DNA of 41,833 bases. Source: Kofleriaceae bacterium. GTDB taxonomy: Bacteria; Myxococcota_A; Polyangia; Haliangiales; Haliangiaceae. Position numbers and translations under genes: made by a program. Shown here in pieces: positions 1-7,147 of this stretch (position 1 is its first letter; the number at the start of each line of letters is the position of its first letter). The stretch lies in assembly GCA_043777635.1 (NCBI GenBank), contig JAYWHS010000602.1:1-41833 (forward strand), given 5' to 3'. Below the pieces are notes generated by a model. That model made no database searches, had not been told where the DNA came from, and saw only the letters and a list, made by a program, of their open reading frames with translations.

Positions 1-41
1 TGGGCCCTCGCCTCATCAGCAAAATCACCAACGATAGCGGC

Positions 42-1586
42 ATGCAACGCTGGCGCGACACGCCGGCCCCACACAGCTCACCGATCCAGCCACCGCTGCC
101 GCATCCGCGCGAAACGGTAACAGCGCAAGCTGATCAAACCTGGGCCGCAGAGGCGTGTGCGTTGCCGGCGCCAATGGCCAGCACAACTACGGCGCAATTC
201 GCGGCGGCGTTTCGCAACGATGCCAAGCTGCCCATCGCCGTAGCCGATCGCGCGATTGCAGCGATTGCAACCATGGACACCGGCGCGGCCCGCATGGGTT
301 GGTTCATTACCCATCGGCCCGACGATATTCGGCTCGCTGCAGCAGCATCGGCGCAACGCTTTGCGCAAGGCCGACCGCTGTCGATTCTCGACGGTGTACC
401 GGTGGTGCTCAAGGATGAACTCGATCAAGCTGGTTATCCAACGACGCTTGGCACCAAGTATCGCACTACTGAAGCTAGCGCCGATGCCACGGTAGTCGCG
501 CGACTCAAAGCTGCCGGTGCGATCATTCTGGGCAAAGCCAACATGAATGAAATTGGCATCAATCCGATCGGCCTCAACCCTCACTACGGCCCAGCCCGTA
601 ATCCCTGGAACCGCGGCCACATCACCGGCGGCAGCTCAAGTGCATCGGCAGCGACGGTGGCAGCCGGGTTATGTCCGATTAGCATTGGCGCCGACGGTGG
701 CGGCTCGATTCGCATTCCCGCTGCGTTGTGTGGCGTGGTTGGCCTCAAAGCCACGTTTGGCCGCATTCCGGAAACCGGCGTATCGCCGTTGTGTTGGAAT
801 GTGGGTCACGTTGGACCCTTGGGCCTCACCGTCGCAGATGTGGCGGCAGCGTATGCAATCATCGCTGGGCCTTGCGCTGGCGATTCCGTGTCGTTGGCAC
901 AACCGCCGCACCATTTGCACGACCTCGGCAATCAAGACATGCGCGGCATACGGCTGGGCATTTGTTGGCCATACTTTGAAGACGCCGACGACGATGTAGT
1001 GAAAAATTGCAAACTCGCGGTGCAAGCATTGGTTGATCGCGGCGCGACGATTGTCGAAATTGCGCCACCTGAACTCAACATCATCAAGTGGAGCCACGCG
1101 GTGATTATTTTGTCGGAGATGGCCACGGCCATGTTGCCCGATGTAGTCGCCGACAGTTCACGGTTTGCGCTCGACTCACGCACCAACTTGGCGATCGGCC
1201 GGCAACTGCTGGCAACCGATTTAGTGCATGCAATGCGACATCGCCAACACATCACCAAAACCATGCTCGATGTGATGCAAACCGTAGACATTATCGTTAC
1301 GCCGACGACTGCGACGACAGCACCCGCGATTCCTGAGTACGCATTGCCCGACGGTGAAAGTAATTTACCGGTCGTGGATTCATTGATGCGGTTTATTCGG
1401 GTTGGCAACATCACAGGATTCCCCGGGCTTGCAGTGCCGTGTGGTATCGACCAAAAAGGTTTACCGACGAGCGTGCATCTCATGGGCCGGCCGTACGAAG
1501 AAGCGCTGTTGTTGCGGGCCGGCCGGGTGGTTGAACATTTGCGCACCACAGCGTTACCGCAACACCACGTCAATTTGCTAGCGTGA
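42..1586 (+). CDS. Amidase-signature (AS) family amidase
   Basis: 514-aa ORF. 'VVLKDELD' (catalytic Lys), the Gly/Ser-rich 'GGSSSASAA' and 'GADGGGSIRIPA' (nucleophile Ser) match the Ser-cisSer-Lys amidase signature (GatA-like). The start is uncertain: the in-frame ATG at 174 (MASTTTAQF...) is equally plausible. Confidence 0.85.
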   Translation: MQRWRDTPAPHSSPIQPPLPHPRETVTAQADQTWAAEACALPAPMASTTTAQFAAAFRNDAKLPIAVADRAIAAIATMDTGAARMGWFITHRPDDIRLAAAASAQRFAQGRPLSILDGVPVVLKDELDQAGYPTTLGTKYRTTEASADATVVARLKAAGAIILGKANMNEIGINPIGLNPHYGPARNPWNRGHITGGSSSASAATVAAGLCPISIGADGGGSIRIPAALCGVVGLKATFGRIPETGVSPLCWNVGHVGPLGLTVADVAAAYAIIAGPCAGDSVSLAQPPHHLHDLGNQDMRGIRLGICWPYFEDADDDVVKNCKLAVQALVDRGATIVEIAPPELNIIKWSHAVIILSEMATAMLPDVVADSSRFALDSRTNLAIGRQLLATDLVHAMRHRQHITKTMLDVMQTVDIIVTPTTATTAPAIPEYALPDGESNLPVVDSLMRFIRVGNITGFPGLAVPCGIDQKGLPTSVHLMGRPYEEALLLRAGRVVEHLRTTALPQHHVNLLA

Positions 1587-1598
1587 TACCTTTACGGC

Positions 1599-2186
1599 AT
1601 GCAAAAACAAAATCGGGTTGGGATTTGGTTGGCCATCGTTTCCATGTTGGCGCTCAGCGTCGTCAGCGCATGTTCGCGCGATCTGACGCCGTCGGCTGAG
1701 GCTGCTGCGCCGGTGAGTGCAACGCAAGTGGCGACTGTCGCGCCAGCGCCAATCGACCCGTCGATCTATCGCGCACTCGCGCCAGCCGGTACCAGCAACG
1801 ATTGCAACGCGGTCGCTGCAAGCGGCTGCGGTAGCGATTCGGATTGTGCAGGCTACGGCAAATGTTCAAGCGGCAAATGCGGCCACTGCGGCAGCGATTC
1901 GGATTGCAAAGGCAATGGCAAATGCTCGGGTGGGATGTGCAATGCGTGTGGCAGCGATTCAGATTGTGCGTCGGGCAAATGTTCGAGTGGTAAATGCGGC
2001 TCGTGCGGCAGCGACTCGGATTGCAAAGGCGGAGGCAAATGCTCGGGTGGCAAATGTGGCGCGTGCGGTAGCGACTCGGATTGTTCGATCGGCAAATGTT
2101 CAAGCGGCAAATGCGGCTCATGCGGCAGCGACTCGGATTGCAAAGGTGGCAAATGTTCGAGTGGCCGCTGCGGCAACGCACGCTAG
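1599..2186 (+). CDS. Secreted lipoprotein made of six tandem 19/20-aa four-cysteine repeats (CGSDSDC-x3/4-KCS-x-GKCG-x)
   Basis: ATG at 1599, 12 nt after the amidase stop. N-terminal signal peptide with lipobox 'VVSAC', then an Ala/Pro/Thr linker, then six repeats. Composition is C/G/S/D/K with no aromatic residues in the repeats. Confidence 0.75.
   Translation: MQKQNRVGIWLAIVSMLALSVVSACSRDLTPSAEAAAPVSATQVATVAPAPIDPSIYRALAPAGTSNDCNAVAASGCGSDSDCAGYGKCSSGKCGHCGSDSDCKGNGKCSGGMCNACGSDSDCASGKCSSGKCGSCGSDSDCKGGGKCSGGKCGACGSDSDCSIGKCSSGKCGSCGSDSDCKGGKCSSGRCGNAR
1827..2177 (+). repeat. Intragenic tandem repeat, 57/60-nt unit x6
   Basis: Hand-aligned units start at 1827, 1887, 1947, 2004, 2064 and 2121. 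Each begins tgcgg(c/t)agcga(t/c)tc(g/a)gattg. Units are near-identical at the nucleotide level. Confidence 0.85.
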
Positions 2187-2208
2187 GTTGAGGAACGATT
2201 GAAGAGCT

Positions 2209-2233
2209 TAGTCCGCAAGTCCGGTAACCGGAC
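2209..2233. repeat. Two AGTCCGNN units ending in a GTCCGG-TAA-CCGGAC hairpin
   Basis: agtccgca (2209-2216), agtccggt (2217-2224), then taa and ccggac. This gives a 6-bp perfect stem (2219-2224 / 2228-2233) 23 nt downstream of the Cys-repeat gene stop. No T-tract follows, so it is not a canonical intrinsic terminator. Confidence 0.6.
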
Positions 2234-2550
2234 GATGTGCGTTGATAGTGTGAACGGATCGATGATCTGGCGATGCTCAGCGAACTTGGTGGTGGCATGA
2301 TGCCAGCGGCGAGGCACCTACCCCCTGCGATGGCAGTGTGACCGTTCATTCGTGACGCTCGCGCCACCCGAGCATGGCGACTTGCGCTCGTCGCGTGGGC
2401 CCGGAATGAACCACTTGGGGTCCTTTGAACCGGGCACTCTCGACACTCCCTCACAGTCACCTGCCATCTTGGTGGTGGCCGGTGCCCGCCGCTTCCGCGC
2501 CTCGCTTTCATGATCTGCAGAACTCAACTCATTGCCGTCGAACCATTGGG

Positions 2551-2614
2551 CCGCCAGTCCGCCAGTCCGTAAGTCCGTCAGTCCGTCAGTCCGCAAGTCC
2601 GCCAGTCCGTAAGT
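2551..2614. repeat. 8-bp tandem array, 8 contiguous units CCGNNAGT (phase-shifted: AGTCCGNN)
   Basis: Counted by hand. Units have NN = CC, CC, TA, TC, TC, CA, CC, TA, with no spacers between them. Confidence 0.9.
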
Positions 2615-2656
2615 CCGGCGACCGCTGTCCGGCGACCGCTGTCCGAAAGCCGGACA
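2615..2656. repeat. Central linker: 2 x 14-bp CCGGCGACCGCTGT plus a related 14-mer containing the hairpin GTCCG-AAAGC-CGGAC
   Basis: ccggcgaccgctgt at 2615-2628 and 2629-2642. ccgaaagccggaca at 2643-2656. The GTCCG/CGGAC stem at 2641-2645 / 2651-2655 marks the approximate dyad axis of the composite. Confidence 0.85.
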
Positions 2657-2768
2657 CTTTCGGACTTTCGGACTTTCGGACTTTCGGACTTTCGGACTTT
2701 CAGACTTTCAGACTTTCAGACTTTCGGACTTTCGGACTTTCGGACTTTCGGACTTTCGGACTTTCGGA
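2657..2768. repeat. 8-bp tandem array, 14 contiguous units CTTTCGGA (5 units, then 3 CTTTCAGA variants, then 6 units)
   Basis: Counted by hand. The reverse complement of the unit (phase-shifted) is AGTCCGAA, the same core as the left array but in opposite orientation. The array ends 4 nt before the hisS stop codon (tca at 2773-2775 on the + strand). Confidence 0.9.
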
Positions 2769-2772
2769 GTCC

Positions 2773-4146
2773 TCAAGCTCCCAATAACGCCTTAACCCTC
2801 GCGACCAATTCAGCGCGCGGCACACTCACTTCATTCTCCGCCGTACCGACCTCAACTTTTAGATTCTTGATCTTCACAAGCCCGTCGGCTTGTTCACGAC
2901 CACCGACGAGGATCGCAAGCGGCACATGGGCCCGGTCGGCATATTTCATCTGCTTACCGAGTTTGTCAGCACCACCATAAACCTCCGTATTAATACCGGC
3001 CGCACGTAACTCAGTCGCTATCGCAGCATATTCGCCAGCCATGCCAGCTTCGACGTTGAGCACCAACACTTGTGCGATGGAAACGTCGTCGGCTTTAATG
3101 ACGCCCATTTCAAGCAATTGCGAAAACAAACGAGTCGCACCGATCGAAATGCCAACGCCAGGCAATTTAGATTTGGTGTAGTGCCCAGCCAAGTTTTCGT
3201 AGCGACCGCCGGAGCAAATGCTGCCGAGCTTGACGTGCTCGTCGAGAAACGTCTCGTACACCGTGCCCGTGTAATAATCGAGGCCGCGCACAATCGACAG
3301 ATTCAAACGCAAGGCTTGTGCTGGCACCCCAAGCGCCAACGTACCTTCGTACACCGTACGCAATTCAGCTAAGCCTTCATCAAACACTGGATTTCGACCT
3401 TCAAATGCGTCGAGCGCAGCCAACGTTGCAAGTGAATCACCGACGTGTGACGTCATCAACGCGATCAACTTTTCAGCAATCTCAGCCGTCAACCCAACGC
3501 CTTCGGCGCAAAGCCGCGCCAACACTTCGGCTCGATCCATTTTGCCGAGCCGGTCAACTTCGTGCAGCACTGCGGCCTGCGCATCAGCGCCAACAATGCC
3601 AAAACCGTCGAGCAAGCCACGCAGCAACTTGCGATTGTTCAGATAAATCGTGAATGCACCGAACCCAAGTTCACGAAAGATGCCGTAGATCACCGCCGGC
3701 AATTCGACATCGTAGGCCAACGGCAATGTGTCTTTGCCGACGACGTCGATGTCACATTGGTAGAACTCGCGGTAGCGGCCCTTCTGGTTGCGCTCACCGC
3801 GATACACGCGCTGTATTTGATAGCGGCGAAACGGAAAGTTCAGTTGATTTTCGCGCTGTGCAACGTATCGCGCCAACGGCACCGTGAGATCAAAGCGTAA
3901 AGCCATCTCAGGCGTGTCACCTTGCTTGAGCGCGCCAGTCGATTGCACGAAGTACACTTGCTTTTCGGTTTCGCCGCCGGACTTGGTTAAGAGCACGTCG
4001 GTCATTTCAAATACCGGCGTCTCCACCGGCAGATAGCCAAAACGTTCGAAGCCACGCCGAACCGTGTCGAGCATGCGCTGAAAAGCGATTTGTTGTTGCG
4101 GTAACAGTTCCATCACGCCTGCCGGCGTGCGCGGTGCAATTGCCAT
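2773..4146 (-). CDS. hisS: Histidine--tRNA ligase (class II HisRS)
   Basis: The N-terminus 'MAIAPRTPAGVMELLPQQQIAFQRML...FGYLPVETPVFE' and motifs such as 'FRRYQIQRVYRGERNQKGRYREFYQCD' and 'GGRYENL' are typical HisRS. The track ORF begins at a TTG (4182), and the ATG at 4146 gives the canonical N-terminal length. The C-terminus is an anticodon-binding domain. Confidence 0.95.
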   Translation of the reverse strand: MAIAPRTPAGVMELLPQQQIAFQRMLDTVRRGFERFGYLPVETPVFEMTDVLLTKSGGETEKQVYFVQSTGALKQGDTPEMALRFDLTVPLARYVAQRENQLNFPFRRYQIQRVYRGERNQKGRYREFYQCDIDVVGKDTLPLAYDVELPAVIYGIFRELGFGAFTIYLNNRKLLRGLLDGFGIVGADAQAAVLHEVDRLGKMDRAEVLARLCAEGVGLTAEIAEKLIALMTSHVGDSLATLAALDAFEGRNPVFDEGLAELRTVYEGTLALGVPAQALRLNLSIVRGLDYYTGTVYETFLDEHVKLGSICSGGRYENLAGHYTKSKLPGVGISIGATRLFSQLLEMGVIKADDVSIAQVLVLNVEAGMAGEYAAIATELRAAGINTEVYGGADKLGKQMKYADRAHVPLAILVGGREQADGLVKIKNLKVEVGTAENEVSVPRAELVARVKALLGA

Positions 4147-4203
4147 GCGGGTTTCTACCACAACCGACCGAGAATTCAGCAACGTGGTCTATACTCCGCC
4201 GCG

Positions 4204-6138
4204 ATGGATTCCAGCGAACGCGTAAATATGCCCGCGTGGCAAGGCCAAGCCGGCCACTACGAGATTTGGTTCGTCGTGGTATTCGACCGCGATCACGATC
4301 GCGCGTCCTGGCTGCGCTACTCCACGTTCGCACCCGATGACGGCAGCGCTGCAACCTCGATGGTCTGGGCCGCAGATTTTGACGCTAGCCGTACGCCGCC
4401 GACGATTTGGGCCAAAGCCCACCATGCCATCAGCGAATACCAAGCCGCCACCGATCACTTTTCGGTCGCGATTGGCGACACCCAGATTCGCCACGGCCAC
4501 TGCTCGGGTAATGTAATCACCAGCCACTCCGATCTCAAGTGGAGCTTCGACTACAAGATGGGCACCGCGCCGGTACGCCGCACCCCAGCCATGCTCGAAC
4601 AAGTGCGGCAGACCACCGAAACCGTACACGCCTGTACCGACGCACCATGCATCGGCTTCATGGAAGTGAACGGCACCCGGCACGAGGTGCGCAACGGCAC
4701 GGCCGTGCAAATGCACTTACATGGCACGCGACGGCTCGACGATCTGTCTTGGATTTGGGCACCAGCGTTGCATCCTGGCCCGGCCACCGTTGAAGTAATT
4801 TCGGCGCGCGCCAAAACTGGTTTCAGTTTGCGACCGTTCACCACGCCGCGCATGACCTCACTATTTTTTCGCCATCAAGATGAAGTGGACGACCTGACCC
4901 AATTCCCCGATGCCATGCGGCCGACGGTCACGCATCCAGGCCCAGGTATCGTTGAGGTTGCGCATACCAGCGTGCGCCGCGCGATTCGCATTCGCAGCTA
5001 CGCCCCGCTTGAAACCTTTGCGGCTTGGGCCTTCCGAAATCCGTCGGGTAAAGATTTGTATGTCGCACAAAGCGATATCGCGTCGTGTACCGTTGAGAGT
5101 TTTGAGCGCCGCCACCCGTTCGCGCCGTGGCACACCAAAGCTATTTTCAGCACACGACATCGTAGTGCGCTCGAACTACATGGCGTCAAACCGATCGATG
5201 GGCTGGGGTACGTTGGTTGGAACGATACCGAACCACCGGCGTTGACCAAACGCTCGCCGCGCGAAACACCGATGGCCCCCACTGGCAGCATGCGCGAGCT
5301 ACCTGCGCCCAATCAAATTGTCGGCGCTGGCACCACGTTTAAAGAAACCGCCACCGACGCTGGCGTGTATATGTTTCACAAAGGTGACGCTGCGTTTTTA
5401 GCACCGCAACCAAGCGTGCGTGAACGCGCTGTATTGATGCCGACCCAAGCCCAGTTGCGTGCCGCACTCACACGCTGTGAACCTGGCCTTGACGCGGTGT
5501 TGGCCGAACGTTATCCATATTTACCGTTATTGCTCGACTATGAAGTCGAGCTGGTCATGATCGTGCTTGAACCCATGACCAGCGACGAGCTGCGCGCCGG
5601 CAAGCCACCCGCCGTAGGTTGGGCCCTGGGCAATGATATGACCTCACGGGCCTGCCAATTCCTCGGCGATGGGCAAATCAATCGAATGGAATTTTGGTCG
5701 ATGTCCAAAAGCTTTCCAGGTTTTTTGCCGGTGAGCCGGCAGATGTGGGTGCCTGCAACACCGGTGGATGCTGTACCAGACGTGCGGCTGCGCACCTGGG
5801 TCAACGGTGATGTGCGGCAAGACACCGAAGCTTCACAGATGGCGGTCACGCCGTGTCAGATTTTGGCGTCGGCAACCGAACTGCTCAAACGCGATTTGGT
5901 CCCAGGTGATTTTGTATTGTGCGGCACCCCTGCAGGGCTTGCACTCAAAGTGCCACAATGGCGGCGTCGCCTCGCTGGTATGAGCAGCGATCGCTTCAGC
6001 AAACTTGACGCCGCGATCAAGATGTACGTCGAAGGTGCTGGCTTTTTGCGGGCCGGCGATGTGGTTGAAATCGACGCTGGCTTCATTGGCAACGATCGCG
6101 TCCGCATTGAAATCAGCAACGATTCGAGCGCTCCTTAA
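4204..6138 (+). CDS. Two-domain protein: uncharacterised ~350-aa N-terminal domain fused to a fumarylacetoacetate hydrolase (FAH) family domain
   Basis: The C-terminal half carries FAH-family motifs 'LLDYEVELVMIV' and 'GDFVLCGTPAGL'. I do not recognise the N-terminal half ('GHYEIWFVVVFD...'). The stop TAA overlaps the next ATG (TAATG at 6136-6140). Confidence 0.75.
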   Translation: MDSSERVNMPAWQGQAGHYEIWFVVVFDRDHDRASWLRYSTFAPDDGSAATSMVWAADFDASRTPPTIWAKAHHAISEYQAATDHFSVAIGDTQIRHGHCSGNVITSHSDLKWSFDYKMGTAPVRRTPAMLEQVRQTTETVHACTDAPCIGFMEVNGTRHEVRNGTAVQMHLHGTRRLDDLSWIWAPALHPGPATVEVISARAKTGFSLRPFTTPRMTSLFFRHQDEVDDLTQFPDAMRPTVTHPGPGIVEVAHTSVRRAIRIRSYAPLETFAAWAFRNPSGKDLYVAQSDIASCTVESFERRHPFAPWHTKAIFSTRHRSALELHGVKPIDGLGYVGWNDTEPPALTKRSPRETPMAPTGSMRELPAPNQIVGAGTTFKETATDAGVYMFHKGDAAFLAPQPSVRERAVLMPTQAQLRAALTRCEPGLDAVLAERYPYLPLLLDYEVELVMIVLEPMTSDELRAGKPPAVGWALGNDMTSRACQFLGDGQINRMEFWSMSKSFPGFLPVSRQMWVPATPVDAVPDVRLRTWVNGDVRQDTEASQMAVTPCQILASATELLKRDLVPGDFVLCGTPAGLALKVPQWRRRLAGMSSDRFSKLDAAIKMYVEGAGFLRAGDVVEIDAGFIGNDRVRIEISNDSSAP

Positions 6139-7115
6139 TGCGCTGGCGACGAGGCTTGCTGGTAGCCGCCGTCGCCACTGTTGTTGTCAGCGCTTGCCAC
6201 GCGCCGGGGGCGACCAACCCTGCAATGCACCCCACCCTGCCCGCACCATCGAATGCCTCGCCGGTAGCGCAGCCGTCACCGTCGCTGCACCCCAGCATGA
6301 CCACCGCGCCATCTGTTGATGCCGTGATCACCGCACCGTTGCTATTTGCGGCATCCCGCGACGGGCGCACCACGTACCTGCTAGGCACCCTGCACCGCGG
6401 AGTCGACGCGCACCAGCTACCGCCATGGGTTTGGCACCATTTCAATACTGCGACAACGCTTGTGATGGAAGCCGATGCGAACGATCCAGCGTTGCAGCGC
6501 GCCATGGTTCGCAGTGACGGCTCGACGCTGCGCGACGAACTTGGTGCCGACACGTGGCACCGCTTGGAGCGCGCGCTCGGTGCAGATGCAGCCTACCAAC
6601 TCAACGATTTGCCCGTGCCCATGGCGACCATGGCGATTGCGCTAACCGGGTTGCCTGAAACCCAAGCAATGGATGCCACGCTCGCCGAGGCAGCCGACGC
6701 ACTGCACAAGCCCATCATGTTTCTTGAACCCATGACGGTACAACTTCGACTAGCGACTACATGGCTGGATGCATCAGCCTTAACGTCCATGCTTGACGAT
6801 TTTGCGTTAGTACCGCAACGCAATCGCGAATTGTTGCAAGCGTATCAGCGCGGCGAACTGGCAGGCCTCACGCAGGTAGTCAGCGACGGTCGTCAGGATT
6901 TTTTGCGGACCGGCCGTCCCGCCCAGCAATATGACGCCATGATGACCGAGCTGCTCAGCCAGCGAAATCACATGTGGGTGCCAGTAGTAGAACAGCTGCA
7001 CCGCACCGGCCAAAGCTTCATTGCCGTCGGAGCGTTGCACCTATCGGGGCCCAACGGACTCATCGCCCTCCTCGGCCGCCGAGGCTTTGTCGTGACCCAG
7101 CTCAAACAGCCGTAA
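6138..7115 (+). CDS. TraB/GumN (Tiki-like) family lipoprotein
   Basis: Signal peptide with lipobox 'VVSAC'. 'LLGTLHRGVD', 'LVMEAD' and C-terminal 'FIAVGALHLSGPNGLIALLGRRGFVV' match the GTxH...E...GAxHLxGxxG pattern of the TraB/PrgY/GumN family. Confidence 0.8.
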   Translation: MRWRRGLLVAAVATVVVSACHAPGATNPAMHPTLPAPSNASPVAQPSPSLHPSMTTAPSVDAVITAPLLFAASRDGRTTYLLGTLHRGVDAHQLPPWVWHHFNTATTLVMEADANDPALQRAMVRSDGSTLRDELGADTWHRLERALGADAAYQLNDLPVPMATMAIALTGLPETQAMDATLAEAADALHKPIMFLEPMTVQLRLATTWLDASALTSMLDDFALVPQRNRELLQAYQRGELAGLTQVVSDGRQDFLRTGRPAQQYDAMMTELLSQRNHMWVPVVEQLHRTGQSFIAVGALHLSGPNGLIALLGRRGFVVTQLKQP

Positions 7116-7147
7116 AGTAGCTATTTCCGAGCCCGCAAAACTGAAGT

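Noticed and set aside
1599-2186. Cys-rich repeat protein as a RiPP precursor processed by the adjacent amidase.
   Set aside because: It has a Sec/lipobox signal rather than a leader peptide. No radical-SAM, YcaO, lanthionine synthetase or transporter genes are nearby. Amidase-signature enzymes are not typical RiPP maturases.
1663-2511. 282-aa minus-strand ORF antisense to the Cys-repeat lipoprotein gene. A second antisense ORF lies at 1853-2176 and an alternate + frame ORF at 1717-2202.
   Set aside because: These are Arg/Ser/His/Pro-rich mirror translations of a GC-rich periodic repeat. The + strand frame has a clean lipoprotein signal and coherent repeats, so they are shadow ORFs.
2551-2768. 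Possible CRISPR array.
   Set aside because: Units are only 8 bp and contiguous, with no unique spacers. No cas genes are in the window. This is a microsatellite-type array, not CRISPR.
2425-2787. 120-aa + strand ORF reading through the 8-bp arrays ('...FRTFGLSDFRTFGLSDF...').
   Set aside because: The translation is just the 8-nt repeat read in three phases (a 24-nt, 8-aa period). There is no plausible start context. It also overlaps the hisS 3' end, so I treat it as non-coding repeat DNA.
4147-4203. T-box or other leader upstream of hisS.
   Set aside because: Only about 20-57 nt separate hisS from the divergent gene at 4204. That is far too short for a T-box or riboswitch.
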